Below, piece by piece: positions 20,825 through 30,729 of a stretch of DNA of 64,000 bases. The DNA is taken from the IMG/VR virus record IMGVR_UViG_3300009703_004110, positions 186,001-250,000 of that record; one strand, 5' to 3'. The notes beneath the pieces were generated by a model that was not told the DNA's origin, made no database searches, and saw only the letters and a program-made list of their open reading frames with translations. Made by a program: the position numbers and the translations under genes. Positions within the stretch are counted from its first letter, which is position 1. Every line of letters starts with the position of its first letter.

Positions 20825-21709
20825 TTAAAATATTTTAGACATTGCCCTGTCTTCTATCCATTGGAATACGAAGCCTGGTTGCATTCGACCTGTTAAATCT
20901 ATATCTTTTGGATTGTCTACTTTTTGTATGGATTTAATCCATCTATTTTCTCTGCTCTCCATGTAATAGAATATAATCTTTTTGGTCGCTGGATTGTACA
21001 TGCTTCTTACGAAATTTCCTGTGGTAATGGGCTGCTCCTCTAAGTGTTCATTATAAAACTCACTTGTAACAGTCATAGTTCCATGTGGTCTATTTATTAT
21101 TTTAACGATTTGACTTTCATAGTCAGATTCCTCAAATCCATTAATGATGACAAGCTTAGCATCAGGATTAAAGTTCACATTGTTATCGTTCGGACTAGAT
21201 ACAAATTCTCCAACTATTGTTTCAATTTCGTCATCAACAAAATTGATAAAGTCCTTACTTGTTCCGTCTTGTAGCTCTTCTCCGATTCTATTGGACCTTG
21301 AAGAACGGATGTCAAGGTTTTGTACCCCAATAACGGTTGATTGTGTGTCATTGCCATCGGCATCGACCGACAAACTCTCGATAGGGTCCTCTCCTGTTGG
21401 TAGGAGCGATATACCCTCATCACCAGTCAAACGACTTTTGTCGATATTGGACTGGTCTACGGCGTATTCCTGCTCCAATATTACTGACGAATTTTTGTTT
21501 ATAAGTGCAATTGCCTTCAGCGTGAATGACGGCGTTAATGTCGGTAGATAAATCTTTCCTGATGCCATAAGTGAGCCGGACGACGGAACCGTCCCATCGA
21601 TAGTGTAATATACAGTAGATGGCTCACTTGTAGAAAACTCAACATACTCTGGAATACCAGATATAAGTTCTGTGTCGCTCTCTGTCATAGTCAAAATAAT
21701 TGTAGACAT
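20825..21709 (-). CDS. hypothetical protein with FN3-associated/chitobiase-like N-terminal domain
   Basis: STVYYTIDGTVP...TLKAIA motif. Confidence 0.6.
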   Translation of the reverse strand: MSTIILTMTESDTELISGIPEYVEFSTSEPSTVYYTIDGTVPSSGSLMASGKIYLPTLTPSFTLKAIALINKNSSVILEQEYAVDQSNIDKSRLTGDEGISLLPTGEDPIESLSVDADGNDTQSTVIGVQNLDIRSSRSNRIGEELQDGTSKDFINFVDDEIETIVGEFVSSPNDNNVNFNPDAKLVIINGFEESDYESQIVKIINRPHGTMTVTSEFYNEHLEEQPITTGNFVRSMYNPATKKIIFYYMESRENRWIKSIQKVDNPKDIDLTGRMQPGFVFQWIEDRAMSKIF

Positions 21710-21752
21710 AGTTACCCCTATAATAGACTTAAAAATTACTAGATTATCAAGG

Positions 21753-23855
21753 CTACTTTGTGATAAACTTCACGGAACTATCTCCATTAATCTTTGTTAC
21801 ATCCAAGACGCTATCAAACCTTTCCTTAAGTAAGTCGTCGTGTGTAATTACCAGTATCTTATACTTGGTTTCTAATGATTTTATTACATTTAAAAACAGA
21901 TTTTCTGTACCATGTCTATCGAGAGGTGAATTGATTTCATCAAGAAGAAGAAACTCAAGAGATGAGCCTCCATGCTTACTTGATATTTCACTTAAAGCAA
22001 TTCTCAGTGCCAACGATATTCTAAACTGCTCTCCGCCACTTAGCGATTTAAAGTTTTGAGTAACACCGTCCTTTTTGACTTTTAAATCAAGCGTATCAAC
22101 CATAGAGATACCGTCAGAACCGAGCCTCTGCGTCTCCAAGATAATCTGGAAGGGCTCATTGCATATAAAGGTCAAAACTTCATTAGAAGCCACCTCCAGG
22201 CCCTCAATGACGGCATTCAATAAGATGGTCTGTATACCATTCTTACCAAGAAGCTTTGCAAACTTTTCAAATACGATAAGCTTCTCTCTCCTAGTGTTCA
22301 GTTTCTTTTTTGACTTCTTCATTCTTTCGATTTTTTCACCTAAATTGACAACCTTTTGGCTATATACACCAACGTCCCTATTTATAGTTTCCAAATCAGA
22401 CTGAACAGTAACCCTTTCTGATTTAGCCGCCTTAATTTGCAGTCTTAAATCATTGAAATTATCATCTCTAAGAGATGCAAGCACTTCTTCATTACCCTTC
22501 AGTTTGTTAGCTACCTCTTTACGCTCCTTAGTTGTATCACGCTCTTCTTCTATAATTCTATTTAGATGAGATTTTAACATTTCTATTTTTGATTTCATAG
22601 AGCCAATTGAAGCCTCTAAAGATGCGTATTTTTGTGTATTTTTAACTGCTTTTTCGAGATCCAATACCTCGCTATCTAATTGATTAATCCTGTTTTTACC
22701 AAAGATGATTCTTCTTTTGAATTCATCAACTTTTCTTTCATGATCGGCATGAAGCTCCGCACTTAATTCGTCAGTTATGGTTTGCTCACAAACATAGCAC
22801 GATCCTGCGGTGATTTCAATTTGACCAAGCTCAGCAAGTCTTTCTTTGCTGCTTGATATCTCGGCTTCGTACTTATTTTTCTCTGATTTTCTTTCAGCGA
22901 GCTGAGCAGCCGCTTCTGGCTCTGGAGATATATCAGAAATAGACTTTTTTGCGTCATCTAAGCTGCCGGATAGGCTGTCTACCTTTTTTTCGTAATTCTT
23001 AACTTCTTTGCCTAATGATAAATGCTTTTTTGTCAACGTAGAAAGAAGGCTGGTCAGCCTTGTATTCTCCTCCGTTATAGAATCCCATCTATCAGTATCA
23101 AGGCTCTGCTTCAATGAGGCATATTTCTCACTTAATGTCTCAATTCTAGTACCAAGAGCCTCTCTCTTCTTCCCCTTGTTATCAACAAGCTTCTTAAGCT
23201 CCTTAAGTTTAATTTCAGAATTAGCAAGATCTTCTACAGATTCATCTAGCTCATCAGATTCTGCCGCTAATAAGACACATTCTCGTTTTAGACTCTTAAC
23301 GTTAACCTTTGTTTGGCTTTCGTAATCATCCCACTTTGAGAGGTCAATGATACTCTTTAAAATATCCTTCTTTCTTCCTGCGTCAGACTCTGCGAACTCT
23401 GAAATATCATTCTGCCTAAAATAAGCTGAGTTTATAAAGGTTTTGTAATCAACACGTATAACAGAAACGATTTCTTCGTTTGTTAATCTTGCAGTAGACT
23501 TAGACTTATCTTGCCAAACTCCGTTATTGTCAATATGGAACTCTACAGTAGACGTTCCGGTCGTTCTTGAACGCTCCCTTATCACTCTATATAGATTCCC
23601 ATTATGCATGAATGTAAAATGAACAGAGCAGCTACTCTCATTCCACATAATAACGTCATCTATTGAGGCTGTTCTTGCCTTGTTAAAAAGGCACCATAGG
23701 ATTGCTTCAAATATAGCACTTTTTCCTGAACCATTAGATATGTTATAATCACCTTCAACATTGCCAATAAGCAAGGCTGATGTAAACTTAGAAAAATCAA
23801 CTTCGGTATCTCTATGAGAGAAGAAGTTTTTAATCTTTAATACTACCGGTATCAC
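21753..23855 (-). CDS. sbcC: SbcC/Rad50-like ABC ATPase
   Basis: NGSGKS, coiled coil with CYVC zinc hook, LSGGE, LLLDE, ITHD. Confidence 0.93.
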   Translation of the reverse strand: MIPVVLKIKNFFSHRDTEVDFSKFTSALLIGNVEGDYNISNGSGKSAIFEAILWCLFNKARTASIDDVIMWNESSCSVHFTFMHNGNLYRVIRERSRTTGTSTVEFHIDNNGVWQDKSKSTARLTNEEIVSVIRVDYKTFINSAYFRQNDISEFAESDAGRKKDILKSIIDLSKWDDYESQTKVNVKSLKRECVLLAAESDELDESVEDLANSEIKLKELKKLVDNKGKKREALGTRIETLSEKYASLKQSLDTDRWDSITEENTRLTSLLSTLTKKHLSLGKEVKNYEKKVDSLSGSLDDAKKSISDISPEPEAAAQLAERKSEKNKYEAEISSSKERLAELGQIEITAGSCYVCEQTITDELSAELHADHERKVDEFKRRIIFGKNRINQLDSEVLDLEKAVKNTQKYASLEASIGSMKSKIEMLKSHLNRIIEEERDTTKERKEVANKLKGNEEVLASLRDDNFNDLRLQIKAAKSERVTVQSDLETINRDVGVYSQKVVNLGEKIERMKKSKKKLNTRREKLIVFEKFAKLLGKNGIQTILLNAVIEGLEVASNEVLTFICNEPFQIILETQRLGSDGISMVDTLDLKVKKDGVTQNFKSLSGGEQFRISLALRIALSEISSKHGGSSLEFLLLDEINSPLDRHGTENLFLNVIKSLETKYKILVITHDDLLKERFDSVLDVTKINGDSSVKFITK

Positions 23856-24325
23856 AAAACCCCCTTTTTCTCAAGCTTCTTTTTTTCTTTTGATATCTTA
23901 GACGAAAGCTTATTTTTTGCTTTTAATAAATCTGGAATAGATTCTTTGATAACCTCATTTACCTGATGAAGCTCATTATTCAATGAAATCCAGCTATTTG
24001 CCCCTTGAATCTCTTCTTCAGACATCCTTTTTAGGTGATACCAGTTATTTAAGCTTGAATATTCCCAATCTATAATGGTTCCAACCCGCATAGAAGACAC
24101 TCTCTTTCTCTTTGAGGCCGAAAGAGGAAGAGATAAAATTTGCTCCTCTGTGTGCCAACGTGAACGGCCGATTAATTCTTGATCGTTACTGCCACGCGGC
24201 CCATAGGTTGGAAACAGCCTTTTATTACTTTTGGTCCCGCCAGCAAAAGCATCTTGGCGACCATAAGAGCGGTTTTGTAACCACATAAAGCACTTTTTAT
24301 CAGGGTCTAATAATTCTTGCTTCAT
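23852..24325 (-). CDS. hypothetical protein
   Basis: 157 aa between sbcD and sbcC, overlapping both. Confidence 0.7.
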   Translation of the reverse strand: MKQELLDPDKKCFMWLQNRSYGRQDAFAGGTKSNKRLFPTYGPRGSNDQELIGRSRWHTEEQILSLPLSASKRKRVSSMRVGTIIDWEYSSLNNWYHLKRMSEEEIQGANSWISLNNELHQVNEVIKESIPDLLKAKNKLSSKISKEKKKLEKKGVL

Positions 24326-25491
24326 TTTTTCCCCATAATCTTAACAGCCTCTTTTAGTATACTCTCTTGAAGTGTATCATCTATTTCCTGTTTCTTAATA
24401 AACGCCTCAAACATGCTATAGTCCGTTTTTTGCTTTAAAATTTCAAGATCTCTATTTAGCTTTTGATGAATCGGATCTAATAAGATTTTAGATACATAAA
24501 AAGCGCCGTTATCATATAAAATCTTTTGTACATCCGGCTTTTTAACTGATGCGGCCAGAGTATCCTTAACTGCTATCTTAACTCTCACGATAGCATCTTT
24601 TGCTTTTATCTTTCCTATGGCTTCGGTCACCCTATTGTGTAGCGTGCTAAAATCAGCATCTTCTAGCCCGATATGACTATCAATTAATCGCCTGCTTGGC
24701 ACGTTATTGACCTTTACCTTCTTTGACTTTGTATCATAGTCGATAAAATACTTGTCAATATCTGCATCACCGAAGTTGAGTTTCTCCATGGAGCCTGTAT
24801 AAAAGGCAATTGGGTCTCTTTTTCTTAATACTTTAAATTGATGATAGTGTCCCATTGCAATCATATCGCATCTGTCAAAAGCGTCAATATCAATTAGAAC
24901 TTCTGCGCCACCATAGTGACCGTAACTATTCTCATAGAAGAAATTATGACCTATCGCTATAATTGGATAAGATTCGTCACAATCGTCTATTAACCTGTTG
25001 GCCTCTTCCTCATATAACCTTGAGTCTTCAGCAGTAGACTTGCCATTATACATTCTACGATCACGAAATGGCAACAGTACTAAGCTAGCCTTTTCTCCTT
25101 TGTCTGCAACAACCTCTACAACGCTTGGTTCTAAAACAACCCGAGTGTTTGGATAATCTTTTGCCGCCAAGCTGGTTATTGCGCTCGTAAAGGAATCACC
25201 AGATCTCTTGTAATCATGATTACCCATCAACCATATTGATGTTATGCCGGCCTGAGACAACTTTCGTATACAGCGATTAACTACCGCTATATGTTCTGGC
25301 TCCGGATTTCTTACGTCAAAAACATCACCTGTTTGTACAAAAATATCAGCTTTAGTTTCTATTGTGTAATCAACTATATAGTTTAATGAGCTTTCATAGT
25401 CATCAACTCTAGTATTTCCACCTTTACCATTTGGTCCACCAAGACCAAGAATGGCGCCAATATGGGTATCCCCACAAATAACTACCTTCAT
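24322..25491 (-). CDS. sbcD: SbcD/Mre11-like nuclease
   Basis: GDTHIG, GDVFD, GNHD, GHYH phosphoesterase motifs. Confidence 0.93.
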   Translation of the reverse strand: MKVVICGDTHIGAILGLGGPNGKGGNTRVDDYESSLNYIVDYTIETKADIFVQTGDVFDVRNPEPEHIAVVNRCIRKLSQAGITSIWLMGNHDYKRSGDSFTSAITSLAAKDYPNTRVVLEPSVVEVVADKGEKASLVLLPFRDRRMYNGKSTAEDSRLYEEEANRLIDDCDESYPIIAIGHNFFYENSYGHYGGAEVLIDIDAFDRCDMIAMGHYHQFKVLRKRDPIAFYTGSMEKLNFGDADIDKYFIDYDTKSKKVKVNNVPSRRLIDSHIGLEDADFSTLHNRVTEAIGKIKAKDAIVRVKIAVKDTLAASVKKPDVQKILYDNGAFYVSKILLDPIHQKLNRDLEILKQKTDYSMFEAFIKKQEIDDTLQESILKEAVKIMGKK

Positions 25492-26024
25492 TTATATCTC
25501 TCCGTTATTTCCTTTCGGACCTTCTTATGCAGCGCTTTTGCTTGCAAGACATTGTCATGAGGGATATCGAAAATATAGCAATCAATTTTTTGCATAAACC
25601 CGCTAATCCACTTTAGATCATCCGGGTGATTTAGCATAGTTTTTCTAAGCAAGTGAGATATTTCTAATAGTTCCCCTAAGTTAGATTGTACCGGAAGGCG
25701 AGCAGTTCCTGTGGCTTTACTTGGATCAATTCTCTTTCTTAATTCTCTCAAAGCATGAGTAAAATCAAGCCCTGTACAAAGCATATAAAAATCTATTGAA
25801 TTAGATCCGGCATTACAACCAAAACAATAAAAGTTATTTTCCATTGTATCAATGAACAGAGATCCCGTTCTCTCTCCGCCATTTTTATGTTCTTTCGATG
25901 GGCAGGTACATCGTCTGTCGAAATTGCCAGATGCGGCAGGCTCTAATTCAATATTGAATTCTTTAGCAAGATTTACAATACTGATGCACCTTATAACATC
26001 TTCACGGGATATGTACTTTTTCAT
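25488..26024 (-). CDS. stand-alone CHC2 (primase-type) zinc-finger protein
   Basis: CTCPSKEH...TGSLFI...NNFYCFGC...SIDF...DFTHAL; no TOPRIM domain. Confidence 0.8.
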   Translation of the reverse strand: MKKYISREDVIRCISIVNLAKEFNIELEPAASGNFDRRCTCPSKEHKNGGERTGSLFIDTMENNFYCFGCNAGSNSIDFYMLCTGLDFTHALRELRKRIDPSKATGTARLPVQSNLGELLEISHLLRKTMLNHPDDLKWISGFMQKIDCYIFDIPHDNVLQAKALHKKVRKEITERYK

Positions 26025-26036
26025 ATCTTCCCCACC

Positions 26037-27119
26037 TTAATTAAATATAGACCAAAAACTGTTTCTTTTCTTTTTTGGATTAATACTTAGAAGCTCTTGC
26101 TCGATATTCTTGATCCAAGTTGCTCTAAACATCTTAGCCTCACCTAATGACTGGTCTAAATACAGCCCTACACCTACGTCCTCGATCTTTTCTGCGCCAC
26201 TTTGGTCTAAAATAACCCGGCTGTCTATATTCGACACAACCTTAAGCGCGATTCTTCCCGAGAAGTTAGCTTTAATTAGGCCGCTGATTACTCTAGAAGA
26301 CGGTCTTTGAGTGGCTAAGATAATACTGATACCAGCGGCACGTCCTTTCTGTGCAATACGGCACAAAGGCTCTTGTATTTTCCTATTTTGCAAAATAATA
26401 TCTGCCCACTCATCAATTATCACGACTATAGGCTCCATCCTTTTCTTAGGCTTTGCAATGTTATAGTCATGTATATTTCTAGAGCCATTAGACTTTAGCC
26501 TCAGGAATCTACTGTCCATTATTTTGGTAACTTCCTCAATAACTTCTTTTACTCCGGGTATATCATTAACAATCATCGGAACATTATCTATATTTTCGTA
26601 AATATTAAATTCAACCATTTTCGGATCTACTAAATAAACCTTAGCGTCGATTTTTAAGATTGATAAGGTAATAGAATGTAATAAAACACTCTTACCGGAG
26701 CCTGGAATTCCACCAACCAAGAGATTTGGCAGCTTTTGTAAATCTATACAAAACTCGTTTCCATCGGCATTGACGCCGAGCGCCGCCGGCATATACATAT
26801 TCTGCGCAGGGCGGTAAGCTTGTTCAAAAGAAAGTGATTTCAGCTCACGCTTCTGTACTTCAATTCTATATACTCCGTCGCTTAAAACTGGATATCCTCG
26901 TGGGCATGCATGTGCCTTTAGGGCCATACCAATATCTATTAGGGCCCGGTCAAGCTTAGATGATCTTGTTCCAGGAACCAGTTCTATATCGTATGTATCA
27001 AAGTACTCATCTTCTCTCAGAGAGATCGCACGGGCCTCTATCTTGAAAGCTTTCAGTACTTTTTTAAGTGTGCTTGGTTTATCAGTTGGTAATAAGACAG
27101 GAATTTTCAGCGAATTCAA
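26037..27119 (-). CDS. FtsK/SpoIIIE motor-domain protein
   Basis: PNLLVGGIPGSGKS, LVDPKMVE, IIDEWAD, KGRAAGI, LATQRPS. Confidence 0.92.
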   Translation of the reverse strand: MNSLKIPVLLPTDKPSTLKKVLKAFKIEARAISLREDEYFDTYDIELVPGTRSSKLDRALIDIGMALKAHACPRGYPVLSDGVYRIEVQKRELKSLSFEQAYRPAQNMYMPAALGVNADGNEFCIDLQKLPNLLVGGIPGSGKSVLLHSITLSILKIDAKVYLVDPKMVEFNIYENIDNVPMIVNDIPGVKEVIEEVTKIMDSRFLRLKSNGSRNIHDYNIAKPKKRMEPIVVIIDEWADIILQNRKIQEPLCRIAQKGRAAGISIILATQRPSSRVISGLIKANFSGRIALKVVSNIDSRVILDQSGAEKIEDVGVGLYLDQSLGEAKMFRATWIKNIEQELLSINPKKKRNSFWSIFN

Positions 27120-27308
27120 TTAGGATCTCCTGCTATATATGCCCTCCGCAGCTTTAAGGCCGTTCATATAGGCTTTTAAAGCTATGTAGAGCTTATCATT
27201 TGTTATATCAATTTCTAATCTAGATGCCTCATCAGACATCTTACGTAGAAGCTTTTGGGCCCTATCTATTTCCGCCCACAATTTTGTTTGCTGACGTTTA
27301 GATAACAT
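27120..27308 (-). CDS. small hypothetical protein
   Basis: likely start MLSKRQ after GAGG, which removes the 77-nt overlap of the track ORF. Confidence 0.55.
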   Translation of the reverse strand: MLSKRQQTKLWAEIDRAQKLLRKMSDEASRLEIDITNDKLYIALKAYMNGLKAAEGIYSRRS

Positions 27309-27309
27309 T

Positions 27310-27663
27310 TCATCCTCGTTGCTTTTTGAGTCTCTTAACTTCTTTCTCAAGTTCTTTAATTTTGACTTCCAGTCTGACATTGTCATCCTTGACTCTTAAT
27401 GTGGATCGCAAAGATAACACTATTAATCCAAAGATTCCTTCACCTGGGGTGACCGAATCCATATCATCGGCCGCAGACAGCAATCTTTGCAAAGTTTTTT
27501 GGACCATTCTGTCATAAACTTTACCCTGATTATCGGGGTGTGTTTTGTCTCTTAGTAATTTCTTATATTCGTCAAATACAGTTGTTAAATGTCCTCTGGC
27601 CTCTTGCTTTTTAGCTTCAAGATACCTTGGTGACGGCATTGACATTCTATCATCCTCTGGCAT
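27310..27663 (-). CDS. hypothetical coiled-coil protein
   Basis: 117 aa, operon packing. Confidence 0.65.
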   Translation of the reverse strand: MPEDDRMSMPSPRYLEAKKQEARGHLTTVFDEYKKLLRDKTHPDNQGKVYDRMVQKTLQRLLSAADDMDSVTPGEGIFGLIVLSLRSTLRVKDDNVRLEVKIKELEKEVKRLKKQRG

Positions 27664-27997
27664 GATAGTCCTCCTTCATTAATAATATCAAAAATATTCC
27701 ACAATCCTTATGAAGCTTAATAAATCGTTGAATATTGACTAATTCATCATGACTCATAATTTCATATGTCTTATAAAGCATAGTTATGACATTAATGGTT
27801 TTGTTATAATCATAAATAGGACGCTCAAAGAGTTTGCACGATTTATCCATAAACTCTACGGCTCTGAGGTATTTATCTTGCGGAATTTTGCTCAAATCTA
27901 GCATCGGATTAGTAACTGAATTACAAATAATAAACCCATTTTCAGTTTCAAACCCTCCGCAACCTAAAACTAAGTAGGCTTCTAAAGAATGCTTCAC
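27650..27997 (-). CDS. hypothetical protein
   Basis: 115 aa, GTG start after GAGG. Confidence 0.6.
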   Translation of the reverse strand: MKHSLEAYLVLGCGGFETENGFIICNSVTNPMLDLSKIPQDKYLRAVEFMDKSCKLFERPIYDYNKTINVITMLYKTYEIMSHDELVNIQRFIKLHKDCGIFLILLMKEDYHARG

Positions 27998-28010
27998 GCC
28001 TACCTCTCAT

Positions 28011-29501
28011 TTAGTAAAACCAGGTATAATCTGCTCCAACGAATCTAAGTTGTGCTCTAGACCCATTATTATCAAATGGCTGCCCAGCCCCAAACCCAAC
28101 CTGACCGATTAACTTTAAAAACATTAGGCCAACTGGATTTTCACCAGTTTGTATTGTTTGATTAGCAAAACTTATGACATATAGATGAGATGTATCAGAA
28201 ACGGGTGTTGATACTACATCTTGATTATTAGCCCATAATTGATTAATTCCAGCTATAACACTTGTATCATCGGCTATTGTTCCTATAAAATTAATCTCAC
28301 CAACATCATTTTGATTTTCATTAGAGCCGTATCTTGCTCTAATAGTAAAAGTCTGAGTACCGTTCAAAAAGTTCACATCATTTTCCTCTGCAATAAAATA
28401 AGCGTTAAATCCAATAGTGAGAGGACGGCTCGAATATATATTTTGAGGGATTGGAACGGCAAAATCAACTCCCTCTGTATCATCCGTAACTAATAGATAC
28501 TTAAGACCGACTCTATCATCATCTACGCCACCATATGTAGCATTTAAAACAAGGCCCCATCTATCGGCAGATACCGAGTATGCCTCACTGGGATGAAGGT
28601 ACCCGTGCATCATACTATACACATTTCGAACCTTTAAAGTATCGCTTGAAGCCGTACCGTCCATTTCAATACCGTGTCCAGCCTCAATCGTAAGGGTATC
28701 TTCCATTACATCTGCAACCAATGGAACTGTTCCTGTGACTACACCACTTTCAGTCTGCGCTACCGCTACAGTTCCAAAATTTTGTGCTATATTCTTGACT
28801 GTAATTTGGTCAGAGCCAGCGACGGCTGTTAAATCTATTCCATCATCGGCCCTCCAGGCCAGAGTATCCGTAGGGGAGTCTGCGACTACTGGTCCGCCAC
28901 TCGCCGTGCCAGCCCCTGTTGCCGCAACCGATTGAGTTTCAAATGAGTTGGCCTGAGAGCCTGAAGTTGTTGATATCGTTAAAGTTTCTGTTCCGGCACT
29001 TGTATTAATATCTATTCCGGTTCCGGCCTTAATAGTCAGTGTATCTGCTGCAATGTCTGCCTCAAGTGTTGCGGCACCATCACCAGATAGTGTTCCGCCA
29101 TTTGCAGAAACTACAACAAAACCAAAACTATTTCCTATAGCTGCATAAACAGCAGAAAGATCTAGGTAATAATAGGTTGTACCATCAATCGTTTCAAATT
29201 CCGGTATAGCCTGACCCTGATCTGTAAAAGACGAAATTGTTCTTTTGGTTACTGCATCATCAGCTAAGTTAATGTTTCTTAACTGATTAACAACGTGGTC
29301 CACTAGGTGAATCTTTTGAGCATGACCATCTTGATGCGCACCATCATGAACGTGCCCCGCAACCAGTGGATCAGTTTCGCTTTTGTTATTACCTTCTGAC
29401 GTACCAAATAGTCCACCAAACCATGAATTGGCCACTTCAGCTGTAACAATCGTTACCGCGCTTTCATATTGAGTTAATTTAGTCGAGCTGCTAGAAGCCA
29501 T
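28011..29501 (-). CDS. putative virion/fibre protein with three internal beta-rich repeats
   Basis: G/T/A-rich; AD...DTL.I.AG.GI repeated three times; AGGAG SD. Confidence 0.55.
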   Translation of the reverse strand: MASSSSTKLTQYESAVTIVTAEVANSWFGGLFGTSEGNNKSETDPLVAGHVHDGAHQDGHAQKIHLVDHVVNQLRNINLADDAVTKRTISSFTDQGQAIPEFETIDGTTYYYLDLSAVYAAIGNSFGFVVVSANGGTLSGDGAATLEADIAADTLTIKAGTGIDINTSAGTETLTISTTSGSQANSFETQSVAATGAGTASGGPVVADSPTDTLAWRADDGIDLTAVAGSDQITVKNIAQNFGTVAVAQTESGVVTGTVPLVADVMEDTLTIEAGHGIEMDGTASSDTLKVRNVYSMMHGYLHPSEAYSVSADRWGLVLNATYGGVDDDRVGLKYLLVTDDTEGVDFAVPIPQNIYSSRPLTIGFNAYFIAEENDVNFLNGTQTFTIRARYGSNENQNDVGEINFIGTIADDTSVIAGINQLWANNQDVVSTPVSDTSHLYVISFANQTIQTGENPVGLMFLKLIGQVGFGAGQPFDNNGSRAQLRFVGADYTWFY

Positions 29502-29521
29502 TAGTATCTCCTACAATGATT

Positions 29522-29818
29522 TTAAGTGTTCTCATTATAAGACTGACTTTTTAGTAGTTTTTTAACAACATTACTTGTTTTGAATCTCAATGACCTATAT
29601 GGAGATAGCATCATTTGTTCTTGCGTTTTAGGATTCCTCACCGGCCTAGGTGTATGCTCATATGCATAGAATTTTCCGAACCCAACTATGGACACCTCCT
29701 CACCATTTGTAACTTCTTCCATGATAATGCCAAATAACTCATTTACAACCTGGGTAGATTCTCTTTGAGTCATTAACGTCCTCTTAGATAGCTCTTTGGC
29801 TAATGCTTTTTTATTCAT
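29522..29818 (-). CDS. HU/IHF-family DNA-binding protein
   Basis: MNKKALAKELS..., VSIVGFGKF, RNPKTQE. Confidence 0.93.
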   Translation of the reverse strand: MNKKALAKELSKRTLMTQRESTQVVNELFGIIMEEVTNGEEVSIVGFGKFYAYEHTPRPVRNPKTQEQMMLSPYRSLRFKTSNVVKKLLKSQSYNENT

Positions 29819-30248
29819 ATTCTAAACCTGCTTTGCTTTTTTGATATTCATATATGGTGACAATGTGGTTTAGAAACTTAATTTCGTCAAAAACATGCTT
29901 CAAGGAGTTGCAACTAAAACAGCAGGAATCAACATTGTCTATGGTATATCCAATATCATTATCTATTCTATCAAGACTTATAGGATGCACCTTTTGGCCA
30001 CAGTATCTGCATGGCTCATCTTCAAATTTCTTGAACTGTGATAATGTTAAATCAAACGAAATATTTCTGCGCTTTGCCGATCTCCTATATGTTTTAAATC
30101 TAAGTTCTGGCTTAGATTCCAATAATCTTTTACGCTTCTTATAGCAAATAACACATAAGGCCCTTCTTTTGCCTGATCCTCGCTTGTAAAAACTTTCTAT
30201 ATCCTTTTGCTGGCCACAGCTTTTACATTTTTTATCAGCCATACTCAC
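29811..30248 (-). CDS. free-standing HNH-type endonuclease
   Basis: CKSCG, CVIC, CRYCG, LDRIDNDIGYTIDNVDSCCFSCN. Confidence 0.8.
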   Translation of the reverse strand: MSMADKKCKSCGQQKDIESFYKRGSGKRRALCVICYKKRKRLLESKPELRFKTYRRSAKRRNISFDLTLSQFKKFEDEPCRYCGQKVHPISLDRIDNDIGYTIDNVDSCCFSCNSLKHVFDEIKFLNHIVTIYEYQKSKAGLEYE

Positions 30249-30253
30249 CCTCT

Positions 30254-30472
30254 TCAGATGATCTCCTCAGAAAATGTCAGTATATACTTTCTGGATTCTT
30301 TCAGGTCTGAGTCCAACGAGCCTTCCGGCCTTCTAGTATATTTGTCTTTGATTCTAAGAAATTCCTCATCTGACATATCAGATATATCTATGCCATAATT
30401 CATATACATTTCTTTTATCTTTTCGACAACATCATCTTTCGGTTCATTTTTTTTATATCTATACCCATACAT
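30254..30472 (-). CDS. hypothetical protein
   Basis: 72 aa. Confidence 0.55.
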   Translation of the reverse strand: MYGYRYKKNEPKDDVVEKIKEMYMNYGIDISDMSDEEFLRIKDKYTRRPEGSLDSDLKESRKYILTFSEEII

Positions 30473-30482
30473 GAAATAATCC

Positions 30483-30728
30483 TTATAACGGTGTATTCAT
30501 CACGTTTATAGATACTCTTTTTCCACGTTTGGCGCCAGCAGCCTTAAGTACGGTTCTAATTGCTGAAGCAATTCGTCCACCCTTACCTATAAGCTTACCG
30601 ACATCATCTTTGGAAACAGTAACTTTGAAAAGAACTCCCTCAACGGTTTCCTCTTCTTCAATTAAAATATGCTCTGTGTCATCAACAATTGAGCAGACTA
30701 ATTCTCGTACAAAATCTTTAAGTTCCAT
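30483..30728 (-). CDS. khpA: KH-domain RNA-binding protein (KhpA/YlqC family)
   Basis: LVCSIVDD..., VSKDDVGKLIGKGGRIASAIRTVL. Confidence 0.88.
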   Translation of the reverse strand: MELKDFVRELVCSIVDDTEHILIEEEETVEGVLFKVTVSKDDVGKLIGKGGRIASAIRTVLKAAGAKRGKRVSINVMNTPL

Positions 30729-30729
30729 T

